Shown in pieces: positions 8,801-22,475 of a DNA stretch of 64,000 nt. The translations under genes were made by a program, and so were the position numbers. Below the pieces are notes generated by a model, which saw only the letters and a list, made by a program, of their open reading frames with translations, ran no database searches and was not told where the DNA came from. Where the stretch lies: the NCBI RefSeq assembly GCF_053078305.1, contig NZ_CP166879.1. The stretch is one strand, 5' to 3'. Numbering within the stretch: the stretch's first letter is position 1; every line of letters begins with the position of its first letter.

Positions 8801-9832
8801 ATGCAAGTGAAAACACAGTCCTGCGTTGTTGCGGGCAAGAAAACTGTTGCCGTTACCGAGCAGACGATAGATTGGAATAATAATGGAACATTAGTACAAA
8901 TAACCCGAGGTGGAATTTGCGGTTCCGATTTACATTATTATCAGGAAGGAAAAGTAGGTAATTTCATGATAAAGGCACCGATGGTGTTAGGTCATGAAGT
9001 TATCGGTAAAGTTATTCATAGCGACTCATCAGAATTACATGAAGGGCAAACGGTAGCCATTAATCCGTCTAAACCGTGCGGTCACTGCAAATACTGCATT
9101 GAACATAACGAGAATCAGTGTACAGAGATGCGTTTTTTTGGCAGTGCCATGTATTTCCCTCATGTTGATGGTGGCTTTACCCGTTATAAAATGGTCGAAA
9201 CGTCGCAATGTGTCCCTTATCCGGCCAAAGCTGAAGAAAAGGTTATGGCTTTTGCCGAACCTTTAGCCGTCGCGATTCATGCCGCACATCAGGCCGGCGA
9301 GTTACAGGGCAAGCGAGTATTTATTTCTGGTGTTGGGCCCATTGGCTGCCTGATTGTCAGTGCTGTGAAAACACTGGGGGCCGCGGAAATTGTCTGTGCC
9401 GATGTGAGTCCCCGTTCCCTTTCGCTGGGCAAAGAGATGGGGGCGGATGTGCTCGTAAACCCACAAAACGACGACATGGATCACTGGAAAGCGGAAAAAG
9501 GCTATTTCGATGTCAGCTTTGAAGTGTCCGGTCATCCTTCATCAGTGAATACCTGTCTGGAGGTCACTCGTGCACGCGGCGTAATGGTGCAGGTAGGTAT
9601 GGGAGGCGCGATGGCAGAATTCCCAATGATGACGTTGATTGGTAAGGAGATTTCACTCAGAGGCTCTTTCCGTTTTACCAGCGAATTTAATACCGCAGTG
9701 TCATGGCTGGCGAATGGCGTTATCAATCCACTGCCTTTACTGAGTGCTGAATATCCCTTCACTGACCTGGAAGAGGCGCTACGTTTCGCCGGTGATAAAA
9801 CCCAGGCAGCAAAAGTCCAGCTTGTTTTCTAA
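8801..9832 (+). CDS. idnD: L-idonate 5-dehydrogenase
   Basis: 343-aa zinc-ADH-family protein in conserved position. Confidence 0.93.
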   Translation: MQVKTQSCVVAGKKTVAVTEQTIDWNNNGTLVQITRGGICGSDLHYYQEGKVGNFMIKAPMVLGHEVIGKVIHSDSSELHEGQTVAINPSKPCGHCKYCIEHNENQCTEMRFFGSAMYFPHVDGGFTRYKMVETSQCVPYPAKAEEKVMAFAEPLAVAIHAAHQAGELQGKRVFISGVGPIGCLIVSAVKTLGAAEIVCADVSPRSLSLGKEMGADVLVNPQNDDMDHWKAEKGYFDVSFEVSGHPSSVNTCLEVTRARGVMVQVGMGGAMAEFPMMTLIGKEISLRGSFRFTSEFNTAVSWLANGVINPLPLLSAEYPFTDLEEALRFAGDKTQAAKVQLVF

Positions 9833-9855
9833 GAGATAAATAAAGGAATAATACA

Positions 9856-10620
9856 ATGAACGATCTATTTTCACTGGCAGGAAAAAATATCTTGATTACC
9901 GGTTCAGCACAGGGCATTGGCTTTTTACTGGCAACCGGCCTGGGTAAATATGGCGCACAAATAATTATTAATGATATTACTGCCGAACGCGCAGAACTTG
10001 CTGTAGAAAAACTCCACCAGGAGGGTATTCAGGCCGTTGCCGCACCTTTTAATGTTACTCATAAACATGAAATTGATGCCGCCGTTGAACATATCGAAAA
10101 GGACATCGGCCCCATTGATGTGCTGGTGAATAACGCCGGTATCCAGCGCCGTCATCCTTTTACTGAGTTCCCTGAACAAGAGTGGAATGATGTGATCGCA
10201 GTAAACCAGACCGCCGTGTTCCTGGTATCGCAAGCGGTAACTCGTCACATGGTTGAACGCAAGGCAGGTAAAGTTATTAATATTTGCTCGATGCAAAGCG
10301 AACTGGGACGTGACACCATCACCCCTTATGCCGCATCGAAAGGGGCGGTAAAAATGCTCACCCGCGGCATGTGCGTCGAGCTGGCGCGCCACAATATTCA
10401 GGTCAACGGTATTGCGCCGGGCTATTTCAAAACAGAAATGACTAAAGCACTGGTTGAGGACGAAGCCTTCACCGCCTGGTTGTGCAAACGGACCCCCGCC
10501 GCACGCTGGGGAGATCCGCAGGAACTGATTGGTGCTGCGGTGTTCCTTTCTTCAAAAGCCTCTGATTTCGTAAACGGCCACCTGTTGTTTGTTGATGGCG
10601 GCATGTTAGTGGCTGTTTAA
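9856..10620 (+). CDS. idnO: 5-keto-D-gluconate 5-reductase (short-chain dehydrogenase)
   Basis: 254-aa SDR with TGSAQGIG Rossmann motif. Confidence 0.93.
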   Translation: MNDLFSLAGKNILITGSAQGIGFLLATGLGKYGAQIIINDITAERAELAVEKLHQEGIQAVAAPFNVTHKHEIDAAVEHIEKDIGPIDVLVNNAGIQRRHPFTEFPEQEWNDVIAVNQTAVFLVSQAVTRHMVERKAGKVINICSMQSELGRDTITPYAASKGAVKMLTRGMCVELARHNIQVNGIAPGYFKTEMTKALVEDEAFTAWLCKRTPAARWGDPQELIGAAVFLSSKASDFVNGHLLFVDGGMLVAV

Positions 10621-10682
10621 CAGCCCCCCCTACGTGCAGCGCGAAAGCGCTGCTTTTCTGGCACTAATAAGAGATAAAGACT

Positions 10683-12002
10683 ATGCCATTAATCATTATT
10701 GCGGCAGGCGTCGCGCTGCTTCTTATCCTGATGATCGGCTTTAAAGTTAACGGCTTTATTGCCCTCGTTCTGGTAGCTGCCGTCGTCGGATTTGCCGAAG
10801 GGATGGATGCACAGGCCGTCCTGCACTCTATACAAAATGGTATCGGCAGCACGCTCGGCGGGCTGGCAATGATCCTCGGTTTCGGGGCCATGTTAGGCAA
10901 GCTGATTTCTGATACGGGTGCGGCACAACGTATCGCCACTACGCTGATTGCTACTTTTGGTAAAAAACGCGTGCAATGGGCGCTAGTGATCACCGGTCTG
11001 GTTGTGGGCCTCGCCATGTTTTTTGAAGTGGGTTTTGTCCTGCTGTTGCCGTTGGTATTTACCATCGTAGCATCATCAGGATTACCCCTGTTGTATGTTG
11101 GTGTACCAATGGTAGCAGCGCTCTCTGTAACCCACTGTTTTCTGCCGCCACATCCAGGGCCTACTGCCATCGCGACTATCTTTGAGGCTAATCTCGGAAC
11201 GACTTTACTGTATGGATTTATCATTACCATTCCGACAGTTATTGTCGCAGGACCGCTGTTTTCTAAACTGCTAACTCGCTTTGAGAAAGCACCACCGGAA
11301 GGCTTATTTAATCCTCATCTGTTTAGCGAAGAGGAGATGCCCTCCTTCTGGAACAGTATTTTCGCTGCCGTGATCCCGGTCATCCTGATGGCTATCGCCG
11401 CCGTTTGTGAAATTACGTTACCGAAAACTAACACCGTGCGCCTCTTCTTTGAATTTGTCGGTAACCCTGCCGTTGCGCTGTTTATTGCCATTGTTATTGC
11501 GATTTTCACACTGGGCCGACGTAATGGACGCACCATCGAGCAAATCATGGATATCATTGGGGATTCTATAGGCGCTATCGCGATGATTGTGTTTATTATC
11601 GCTGGCGGCGGCGCGTTTAAGCAGGTATTAGTAGATAGCGGTGTCGGGCACTATATTTCACACTTAATGACCGGAACTACACTTTCGCCGTTATTGATGT
11701 GCTGGACTGTTGCGGCGCTGTTGCGTATCGCTCTGGGCTCTGCCACCGTCGCGGCCATTACCACCGCGGGTGTGGTGTTGCCGATTATCAACGTTACCCA
11801 TGCCGATCCCGCTTTAATGGTACTGGCAACCGGTGCGGGCAGCGTGATCGCGTCACACGTAAACGACCCTGGCTTCTGGCTATTTAAAGGGTATTTTAAT
11901 CTGACGGTTGGTGAAACGTTGCGTACCTGGACGGTGATGGAAACCCTTATTTCTATTATGGGTTTGCTGGGGGTGTTAGCCATTAACGCCGTATTGCACT
12001 GA
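10683..12002 (+). CDS. idnT: L-idonate/5-ketogluconate/gluconate transporter (GntP family)
   Basis: 439-aa polytopic membrane protein in the idn cluster. Confidence 0.93.
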   Translation: MPLIIIAAGVALLLILMIGFKVNGFIALVLVAAVVGFAEGMDAQAVLHSIQNGIGSTLGGLAMILGFGAMLGKLISDTGAAQRIATTLIATFGKKRVQWALVITGLVVGLAMFFEVGFVLLLPLVFTIVASSGLPLLYVGVPMVAALSVTHCFLPPHPGPTAIATIFEANLGTTLLYGFIITIPTVIVAGPLFSKLLTRFEKAPPEGLFNPHLFSEEEMPSFWNSIFAAVIPVILMAIAAVCEITLPKTNTVRLFFEFVGNPAVALFIAIVIAIFTLGRRNGRTIEQIMDIIGDSIGAIAMIVFIIAGGGAFKQVLVDSGVGHYISHLMTGTTLSPLLMCWTVAALLRIALGSATVAAITTAGVVLPIINVTHADPALMVLATGAGSVIASHVNDPGFWLFKGYFNLTVGETLRTWTVMETLISIMGLLGVLAINAVLH

Positions 12003-12068
12003 AAGAATAAAATATTGTGATGTAGTTTCGGGGGAAGATTGAAGATTCCCCCGACGTTGGGAGAAGTT

Positions 12069-13067
12069 ATGCGCAATCACAGAATTTCTTTACAGGATAT
12101 CGCTACGCTGGCTGGCGTAACAAAAATGACCGTGAGTCGTTATATCCGCTCGCCGAAAAAGGTGGCAAAGGAAACAGGCGAGCGCATCGCCAAAATTATG
12201 GAAGAGATCAATTATATCCCTAATCGCGCTCCCGGCATGTTGTTGAATGCACAAAGTTATACCCTCGGTATCTTGATTCCGTCATTTCAAAATCAACTCT
12301 TCGCTGACATTCTCGCGGGAATAGAATCCGTCACCTCTGAGCATAATTATCAGACCCTTATTGCTAATTACAATTACGATCGCGATTCCGAAGAAGAGTC
12401 GGTGATTAACCTGCTCTCTTATAACATTGACGGGATTATACTTTCGGAAAAATATCACACCATCAGGACGGTGAAATTTCTGCGTTCAGCCACCATTCCG
12501 GTCGTGGAATTGATGGATGTACAGGGAGAACGGCTGGATATGGAGGTCGGTTTTGATAATCGGCAGGCCGCTTTTGACATGGTGTGTACCATGCTGGAGA
12601 AGCGAGTCAGGCACAAAATTCTGTATCTCGGTTCCAAAGATGACACCCGCGATGAACAGCGTTATCAGGGGTATTGCGATGCGATGATGCTGCATAATCT
12701 TTCCCCATTACGCATGAATCCACGCGCCATCTCATCCATTCATTTAGGAATGCAGTTAATGCGTGATGCCCTTAGCGCAAACCCGGATTTAGACGGTGTA
12801 TTTTGCACCAATGACGATATTGCGATGGGTGCGCTTCTGCTGTGCCGCGAGCGAAACCTCGCCGTGCCAGAACAAATTTCCATTGCGGGTTTTCATGGGC
12901 TGGAGATTGGCAGGCAAATGATCCCAAGCCTCGCCAGCGTAATTACTCCCCGTTTTGATATTGGTCGGATGGCCGCCCAAATGTTGCTGAGCAAAATTAA
13001 AAATAACGATCACAACCACAACACTGTTGACCTCGGGTATCAGATTTATCACGGCAACACGCTTTAG
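12069..13067 (+). CDS. idnR: LacI-family transcriptional regulator of the idn operon
   Basis: Helix-turn-helix N-terminus ([20 protein letters not shown]); start set at the internal Met to give 332 aa. Confidence 0.9.
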   Translation: MRNHRISLQDIATLAGVTKMTVSRYIRSPKKVAKETGERIAKIMEEINYIPNRAPGMLLNAQSYTLGILIPSFQNQLFADILAGIESVTSEHNYQTLIANYNYDRDSEEESVINLLSYNIDGIILSEKYHTIRTVKFLRSATIPVVELMDVQGERLDMEVGFDNRQAAFDMVCTMLEKRVRHKILYLGSKDDTRDEQRYQGYCDAMMLHNLSPLRMNPRAISSIHLGMQLMRDALSANPDLDGVFCTNDDIAMGALLLCRERNLAVPEQISIAGFHGLEIGRQMIPSLASVITPRFDIGRMAAQMLLSKIKNNDHNHNTVDLGYQIYHGNTL

Positions 13068-13144
13068 GTTATTTTCTCTTCATTACACGTATTCTCTTTG
13101 CCGGACGTTGCCTATACTCCAGGCAGGAAACTGGAGGAAATCTC

Positions 13145-14647
13145 ATGAGCGACCCCCTGTTAATTGCACGCACGCCGGACACAGAACTGTTTTTACTGCC
13201 GGGAATGGCTAACCGTCACGGGCTGATTACTGGCGCAACGGGGACGGGTAAAACCGTTACGCTGCAAAAACTGGCTGAGTCTCTATCGGAAATCGGCGTG
13301 CCGGTGTTTATGGCTGATGTGAAAGGCGATCTGACCGGTATCGCGCAGGCAGGAACGGCGTCGGAAAAACTGCTCACAAGGCTTAAAAATATCGGCGTCA
13401 ATGACTGGCAACCGCATGCCAATCCGGTGGTGGTGTGGGATATCTTTGGCGAGAAAGGCCATCCGGTGCGGGCGACGGTTTCGGATCTGGGGCCGCTGTT
13501 GCTGGCACGACTGTTGAATCTCAACGATGTGCAATCTGGCGTGCTGAATATCATCTTCCGCATTGCTGATGATCAGGGGCTGTTACTGCTCGACTTTAAA
13601 GATTTGCGGGCGATTACCCAGTACATCGGCGATAACGCCAAATCCTTCCAGAATCAGTACGGAAATATCAGTAGCGCATCGGTTGGTGCCATCCAGCGCG
13701 GGCTGTTATCGCTGGAACAGCAAGGCGCAACACACTTTTTTGGTGAGCCGATGCTGGATATCAAAGACTGGATGCGCACCGATGCCAACGGTAAAGGCGT
13801 TATCAATATCCTCAGCGCCGAGAAGCTTTATCAGATGCCGAAACTGTACGCCGCCAGTCTGCTGTGGATGCTTTCAGAGTTGTATGAACAATTGCCGGAA
13901 GCGGGCGATCTGGAGAAACCAAAACTGGTGTTTTTTTTCGACGAGGCACATCTGCTGTTTAACGATGCCCCGCAGGTACTGCTGGATAAGATTGAGCAGG
14001 TGATAAGGCTTATTCGCTCAAAAGGCGTGGGCGTCTGGTTCGTTTCGCAAAACCCGTCTGATATTCCGGATAATGTGCTCGGCCAGCTCGGTAATCGCGT
14101 TCAACATGCTTTGCGGGCTTTTACGCCCAAAGATCAGAAAGCGGTAAAAGCTGCGGCGCAAACCATGCGGGCCAATCCGGCGTTTGATACCGAAAAGGCG
14201 ATTCAGGAACTGGGCACCGGCGAGGCGTTGATCTCTTTTCTGGATGCGAAAGGAAGCCCTTCTGTGGTGGAGCGTGCGATGGTGATCGCGCCTTGTTCGC
14301 GGATGGGGCCGGTGACGGAAGATGAGCGTAATGGCTTGATTAATCACTCTCCGGTGTATGGCAAGTACGAGGATGACGTGGACCGGGAATCCGCCTATGA
14401 GATGTTGCAAAAAGGCTTTCAGGCCAGTAACGAGCAGCAAAATAACCCCCCCGCGAAAGGGAAAGAGGTAGCGGTGGATGACGGCATTCTTGGTGGATTG
14501 AAGGATATTTTGTTTGGCACTACCGGACCACGCGGCGGGAAGAAAGATGGTGTGGTGCAAACAATGGCCAAAAGCGCCGCTCGCCAGGTAACGAATCAGA
14601 TTGTACGCGGGATGTTGGGGAGTTTGCTGGGGGGGAGAAGAAGGTAA
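13145..14647 (+). CDS. yjgR: HerA/FtsK-like P-loop NTPase (DUF853 family), function uncharacterized
   Basis: 500 aa with GATGTGKT Walker A. Confidence 0.9.
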   Translation: MSDPLLIARTPDTELFLLPGMANRHGLITGATGTGKTVTLQKLAESLSEIGVPVFMADVKGDLTGIAQAGTASEKLLTRLKNIGVNDWQPHANPVVVWDIFGEKGHPVRATVSDLGPLLLARLLNLNDVQSGVLNIIFRIADDQGLLLLDFKDLRAITQYIGDNAKSFQNQYGNISSASVGAIQRGLLSLEQQGATHFFGEPMLDIKDWMRTDANGKGVINILSAEKLYQMPKLYAASLLWMLSELYEQLPEAGDLEKPKLVFFFDEAHLLFNDAPQVLLDKIEQVIRLIRSKGVGVWFVSQNPSDIPDNVLGQLGNRVQHALRAFTPKDQKAVKAAAQTMRANPAFDTEKAIQELGTGEALISFLDAKGSPSVVERAMVIAPCSRMGPVTEDERNGLINHSPVYGKYEDDVDRESAYEMLQKGFQASNEQQNNPPAKGKEVAVDDGILGGLKDILFGTTGPRGGKKDGVVQTMAKSAARQVTNQIVRGMLGSLLGGRRR

Positions 14648-14705
14648 GTCAGGCGAGATTTGTCTTTGCCTGATGCGACGCTGGCGCGTCTTATCATGCC
14701 CACCC
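14648..14705. repeat. REP element
   Basis: gcctgatgcgacgctggcgcgtcttatcatgcc-type palindromic unit after yjgR. Confidence 0.6.
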
Positions 14706-14771
14706 CACAGCAATATATTGAATTTTAATTATTTTTCAGGAATGAACGAAGCACACTTTGCTAACAATAAT

Positions 14772-14797
14772 AAAGGGAGCTTTCGCTCCCTTTATTC
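14772..14797. terminator. hairpin terminator between yjgR and lptG
   Basis: aaagggagc-tttc-gctcccttt stem-loop flanked by T/A runs. Confidence 0.6.
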
Positions 14798-14807
14798 GTT
14801 CATTCGG

Positions 14808-15890
14808 TTACGATTTTCTCATTAACAGCCACAGGCTGATTAAGAAGAAGCTGGCGCTTGGCAACAGTGCGCCAATGATCGGCGGGATGCCGTAAACCAA
14901 CGTCAGCGGACCGAAGATCTGGTCCAGTACGTAGAAGACAAAACCGAAGCTAATACCGGTGACCACACGCACACCCATCGGTACGCTACGCAGTGGGCCA
15001 AAGATGAACGACAGCGCCATCAGCATCATCACCGCCACGGATAGCGGCTGGAAGATTTTGCTCCACATGTTGAGCTGATAACGTCCGGCATCCTGACCGC
15101 TCGACTTCAGATACTTCACATAGTTGTGCAAACCGCTGATAGAGAGTGCATCCGGGTCCAGCGCCACCACGCCCAGTTTGTCAGGCGTGAGGTTGGTTTT
15201 CCAGGTGCCGCTCACCGTCTGCGAACCGGTGATCTGTTTCGGATTGGTCAGATCAGATTCATCAACCTGCGACAGACGCCAGACTTTATGTTCCGGGTCA
15301 AACTTCGCAGTAGCGGCATAGCGTACGGATTGCAGACGACGATTCTCGTTAAAGGCATAAATGCTGATGCCACCTAACTCTTCGTCACCTTTAACCCGCT
15401 CAATGTAGACGAAGTTGTTGCCATCTTTCGCCCATAAGCCTTGCTGGGTAGAGAGCAACGAGCCGCCGTACATCGCCTGCGCACGGTAGTTACGCGCCAT
15501 CTGCTCGCCCTGCGGCGCGACCCATTCACCAATCGCCATCGTCAGTAAGACCAGCGGAATGGCGGTTTTCATCACCGACAGCGCAACCTGCATACGGGTG
15601 AAACCAGAAGCCTGCATCACCACCAGTTCGCTGCGCTGCGCCAGCATCCCAAGACCAAGCAACGCCCCAAGCAGAGCCGCCATCGGGAAGAAGATTTGCA
15701 CATCTTTCGGCACGCTCAGCAAGGTATACATTCCTGCGCCTAACGCGTCGTAACTCCCCTGCCCGGCTTTTTTCAGCTGATCGACAAACTTGATAATGCC
15801 CGACAGCGACACCAGCATGAACAGCGTCATCATGATGGTGGTGAAAATAGTTTTACCGATATAGCGGTCAAGTACGCCAAAAGGTTGCAT
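14808..15890 (-). CDS. lptG: LPS export ABC transporter permease
   Basis: 360 aa starting MQPFGVLDRY; start overlaps lptF stop. Confidence 0.95.
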   Translation of the reverse strand: MQPFGVLDRYIGKTIFTTIMMTLFMLVSLSGIIKFVDQLKKAGQGSYDALGAGMYTLLSVPKDVQIFFPMAALLGALLGLGMLAQRSELVVMQASGFTRMQVALSVMKTAIPLVLLTMAIGEWVAPQGEQMARNYRAQAMYGGSLLSTQQGLWAKDGNNFVYIERVKGDEELGGISIYAFNENRRLQSVRYAATAKFDPEHKVWRLSQVDESDLTNPKQITGSQTVSGTWKTNLTPDKLGVVALDPDALSISGLHNYVKYLKSSGQDAGRYQLNMWSKIFQPLSVAVMMLMALSFIFGPLRSVPMGVRVVTGISFGFVFYVLDQIFGPLTLVYGIPPIIGALLPSASFFLISLWLLMRKS

Positions 15891-16990
15891 CACACCGCTC
15901 CTTTACGCGAAAAACTGGCGCGCAGGCGGCGGACCGGCACGGTGTCCCAAAGGTTGAGAACAATCGCCAAAGCCAGATAAATCAGGTTAACGGTCCACAT
16001 CCACAGCGTCGGGTCCAGCTTACCTTTACCGCCGTTCGATTTCAGGGAGGTCTGGATCAGGAAGAAAAGTAGATACAGCAGCATGGCTGGCAGCATCGAC
16101 AGTACGCGTCCCTGACGTGGGTTAACCACGCTCAGCGGTACGACCATAAGTGCCATCATAAACACGGTGAATACCAACGTGATACGCCAGTTCAGTTCTG
16201 CGCGAGCACGATCGGTGTCAGTGTTCCACAATGTGCGCATGTCCATCTGGTCGGTATCGTTCGGGTCGAGCGCCACCGCCTGGTGACCAATGATCGCCTG
16301 ATAATCCTGGAAATCCGTAATGCGGAAATCACGTAACAGTGCAGTGCCTTCGAAGCGCGTTCCCTGGTTGAGAGTGACGACCTGGGAGCCGTCGCGCAGC
16401 TGGGTTAAATGTCCGGAATCGGCCACCACCACAGAAGGACGTGCATTACCTTTTGGTCGAATTTGCGCGAGGAACACATCTTTGAAATCGCTGCCGTCAA
16501 CGCTTTCGATGAACAGCACCGAACTGCCATTAGTCGCTTGCTGGAATTGCCCTTGCGCCAGCGCCGCCATGCCAGGGTTCGCTTTCGCTTCTGCTAACAC
16601 TTCATCCTGATGACGCGATGACCACGGTCCCGCCCACATCACGTTAACCGCCGCGACGATTGCCGTGAATACCGCAAGGATCATTGCCGCTTTCACCAGA
16701 ACCGCTTTGCTCAGGCCGCAGGCATGCATTACCGTAATTTCACTTTCGGTATACAGTTTGCCCAGCGTCATCAGCAGCCCGAGGAACAGGCTTAATGGCA
16801 GGATAAGCTGCGCCATTTCCGGCACGCCCAACCCGAGAAGGGAGAGCACCAGATTCGCCGGAATATCGCCGTCAACCGCTGCGCCGAGGATCCTCACTAA
16901 CTTTTGACAGAAGAAGATCAAAAGCAAGATGAAGAGTATCGCCAGCTGGCTTTTGAGCGTCTCCCGCACCAGATATCTTATGATTATCAC
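15890..16990 (-). CDS. lptF: LPS export ABC transporter permease
   Basis: 366 aa, divergent from pepA. Confidence 0.95.
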   Translation of the reverse strand: MIIIRYLVRETLKSQLAILFILLLIFFCQKLVRILGAAVDGDIPANLVLSLLGLGVPEMAQLILPLSLFLGLLMTLGKLYTESEITVMHACGLSKAVLVKAAMILAVFTAIVAAVNVMWAGPWSSRHQDEVLAEAKANPGMAALAQGQFQQATNGSSVLFIESVDGSDFKDVFLAQIRPKGNARPSVVVADSGHLTQLRDGSQVVTLNQGTRFEGTALLRDFRITDFQDYQAIIGHQAVALDPNDTDQMDMRTLWNTDTDRARAELNWRITLVFTVFMMALMVVPLSVVNPRQGRVLSMLPAMLLYLLFFLIQTSLKSNGGKGKLDPTLWMWTVNLIYLALAIVLNLWDTVPVRRLRASFSRKGAV

Positions 16991-17253
16991 TTTAAATACG
17001 CCCGTAAAAACTCGTCTTTTGCAGGATTTTAGCTTGTTTCATGGCTTAAACGTCATTTATTCTCTTGAGTCGTCGAAATCGTCGCTAAGATAATTATACT
17101 CAACGGATTCACCTCTCAGATTTTGTTCTGACGTGCCAATGCCGTAATAACGTTAAGATTAACACGAAGTCATCGCAACAGCGGACATGAGTTACGAAAG
17201 CTTGCAATTCTATCTGTAGCCACCGCCGTTGTCTTTAAGATTCAGGAGCGTAG

Positions 17254-18768
<1,515 letters not shown>

Positions 18769-18769
18769 T

Positions 18770-19092
<323 letters not shown>

Positions 19093-19121
19093 ATTTAAAT
19101 CCACCACAAGAAGCCCCATAT

Positions 19122-19565
19122 ATGAAAAACGCGACGTTCTACCTTCTGGACAATGACACCACCGTCGATGGCTTAAGCGCCGTTGAGCAGTTGGTGTGTG
19201 AAATTGCCGCAGAACGTTGGCGCAGCGGTAAGCGCGTGCTCATCGCCTGTGAAGATGAAAAGCAGGCTTACCGGCTGGATGAAGCCCTGTGGGCGCGTCC
19301 GGCAGAAAGCTTTGTTCCGCATAATTTAGCGGGAGAAGGACCGCGCGGCGGTGCGCCGGTGGAGATCGCCTGGCCGCAAAAACGCAGCAGCAGCCCGCGC
19401 GATATATTGATTAGTCTGCGAACAAGCTTTGCAGATTTTGCCACCGCTTTCACAGAAGTGGTAGACTTCGTTCCTTATGAAGATTCTCTGAAACAACTGG
19501 CGCGCGAACGCTATAAAGCCTACCGCGTGGCTGGTTTCAACCTGAATACGGCAACCTGGAAATAA
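19122..19565 (+). CDS. holC: DNA polymerase III chi subunit
   Basis: 147 aa; stop overlaps valS ATG by one base. Confidence 0.95.
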
Positions 19566-22420
19566 TGGAAAAGACATATAACCCACAAGATATCGAACAG
19601 CCGCTTTACGAGCACTGGGAAAAGCAGGGCTACTTTAAGCCTAATGGCGATGAAAGCCAGGAGAGTTTCTGCATCATGATCCCGCCGCCGAACGTCACCG
19701 GCAGTTTGCATATGGGTCACGCCTTCCAGCAAACCATCATGGATACCATGATCCGCTATCAGCGCATGCAGGGCAAAAACACCCTGTGGCAGGTCGGTAC
19801 TGACCACGCCGGGATCGCTACCCAGATGGTCGTTGAGCGCAAGATTGCCGCAGAAGAAGGTAAAACCCGTCACGACTACGGCCGCGAAGCTTTCATCGAC
19901 AAAATCTGGGAATGGAAAGCGGAATCCGGCGGCACGATTACCCGTCAGATGCGCCGTCTCGGCAACTCCGTCGACTGGGAGCGTGAACGCTTCACCATGG
20001 ACGAAGGCCTGTCCAATGCGGTGAAAGAAGTTTTCGTTCGTCTGTATAAAGAAGACCTGATTTACCGTGGCAAACGCCTGGTAAACTGGGACCCGAAACT
20101 GCGCACCGCTATCTCTGACCTGGAAGTGGAAAACCGCGAATCGAAAGGTTCGATGTGGCACATCCGCTATCCGCTGGCTGACGGTGCGAAAACCGCAGAC
20201 GGTAAAGATTATCTGGTGGTCGCGACTACCCGTCCGGAAACCCTGCTGGGCGATACTGGCGTAGCCGTTAACCCGGAAGATCCGCGTTACAAAGATCTGA
20301 TTGGCAAATATGTCATTCTGCCGCTGGTTAACCGTCGTATTCCGATCGTTGGCGACGAACACGCCGACATGGAAAAAGGCACCGGCTGCGTGAAAATCAC
20401 TCCGGCGCACGACTTTAACGACTATGAAGTGGGTAAACGTCACGCGCTGCCGATGATCAACATCCTGACCTTTGACGGCGATATCCGTGAAAGCGCCCAG
20501 GTGTTCGATACCAAAGGTAACGAATCTGACGTTTATTCCAGCGAAATCCCGGCAGAGTTCCAGAAACTCGAGCGTTTTGCTGCACGTAAAGCAGTCGTTG
20601 CTGCGGTTGACGCACTCGGCCTGCTGGAAGAAATTAAACCGCACGACCTGACCGTTCCTTACGGCGACCGTGGCGGCGTAGTTATCGAACCAATGCTGAC
20701 CGACCAGTGGTACGTGCGTGCCGATGTACTGGCGAAACCGGCGGTTGAAGCGGTTGAGAACGGCGACATTCAGTTCGTACCGAAGCAGTACGAAAACATG
20801 TACTTCTCCTGGATGCGCGATATTCAGGACTGGTGTATCTCTCGTCAGCTGTGGTGGGGTCACCGTATCCCGGCATGGTACGACGAAGCAGGTAACGTTT
20901 ATGTTGGCCGCAACGAAGAAGAAGTGCGCAAGGAAAATAACCTCGGTGCCGACGTTGCCCTGCGTCAGGACGAAGACGTTCTCGACACCTGGTTCTCTTC
21001 TGCGCTGTGGACCTTCTCTACCCTAGGCTGGCCGGAAAACACCGACGCACTGCGCCAGTTCCACCCAACCAGCGTGATGGTATCTGGTTTCGACATCATC
21101 TTCTTCTGGATTGCCCGCATGATCATGATGACCATGCACTTCATCAAAGATGAAAATGGCAAACCGCAGGTGCCGTTCCACACCGTTTACATGACCGGCC
21201 TGATTCGTGATGACGAAGGCCAGAAGATGTCCAAATCCAAGGGTAACGTTATCGACCCACTGGATATGGTTGACGGTATTTCGCTGCCAGAACTGCTGGA
21301 AAAACGTACCGGCAATATGATGCAGCCGCAGCTGGCGGACAAAATCCGTAAGCGCACCGAGAAGCAGTTCCCGAACGGTATTGAGCCGCACGGTACTGAC
21401 GCGCTGCGCTTCACCCTGGCGGCACTGGCTTCTACCGGTCGTGACATCAACTGGGATATGAAGCGCCTGGAAGGTTACCGTAACTTCTGTAACAAGCTGT
21501 GGAACGCCAGCCGCTTTGTGCTGATGAACACGGAAGGTCAGGATTGCGGCTTCAACGGTGGTGAAATGACGCTGTCGCTGGCGGACCGCTGGATTCTGGC
21601 AGAGTTCAACCAGACCATCAAAGCGTACCGCGAAGCGCTGGACAGCTTCCGCTTCGATATCGCTGCAGGCATTCTGTATGAGTTCACCTGGAACCAGTTC
21701 TGTGACTGGTATCTCGAGCTGACCAAGCCGGTAATGAACGGTGGCACCGAAGCAGAACTGCGCGGTACTCGCCATACGCTGGTGACTGTACTGGAAGGTC
21801 TGCTGCGCCTCGCGCATCCGATCATTCCGTTCATCACCGAAACCATCTGGCAGCGTGTGAAAGTACTTTGCGGTATCACTGCCGACACCATCATGCTGCA
21901 GCCGTTCCCGCAGTACGATGCATCTCAGGTTGATGAAGCCGCACTGGCCGACACCGAATGGCTGAAACAGGCGATCGTTGCGGTACGTAACATCCGTGCA
22001 GAAATGAACATCGCGCCGGGCAAACCGCTGGAGCTGCTGCTGCGTGGTTGCAGCGCGGATGCAGAACGTCGCGTAAATGAAAACCGTGGCTTCCTGCAAA
22101 CGCTGGCGCGTCTGGAAAGCATCACCGTGCTGCCTGCCGATGACAAAGGTCCGGTTTCCGTTACGAAGATCATCGACGGCGCAGAGCTGCTGATCCCGAT
22201 GGCTGGCCTCATCAACAAAGAAGATGAGCTGGCGCGTCTGGCGAAAGAAGTGGCGAAGATCGAAGGCGAAATCAGCCGTATCGAGAACAAGCTGGCGAAT
22301 GAAGGCTTTGTCGCCCGCGCACCGGAAGCGGTCATCGCGAAAGAGCGTGAGAAGCTGGAAGGCTATGCGGAAGCGAAAGCGAAACTGATTGAACAGCAGG
22401 CTGTTATCGCCGCGCTGTAA
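19565..22420 (+). CDS. valS: valyl-tRNA synthetase
   Basis: 951 aa with HMGH and KMSKS class I motifs. Confidence 0.97.
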
Positions 22421-22444
22421 TCAAAACACAGTGATGAAAACGAA

Positions 22445-22471
22445 GGCCGGAGCATGCTCCGGCCTTTTTTA
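22445..22471. terminator. rho-independent terminator between valS and yjgN
   Basis: ggccggagcatgctccggcc hairpin followed by TTTTTT. Confidence 0.8.
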
Positions 22472-22475
22472 TCTC

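Noticed and set aside
10664-11230. 188-aa antisense ORF within idnT
   Set aside because: idnT encodes a full-length GntP-family transporter on the other strand.
19520-22099. Long antisense ORFs (447 aa and 358 aa) inside valS
   Set aside because: The sense frame encodes an unmistakable valyl-tRNA synthetase; the antisense frames are Arg/Val/His-rich artefacts of GC-rich coding sequence.
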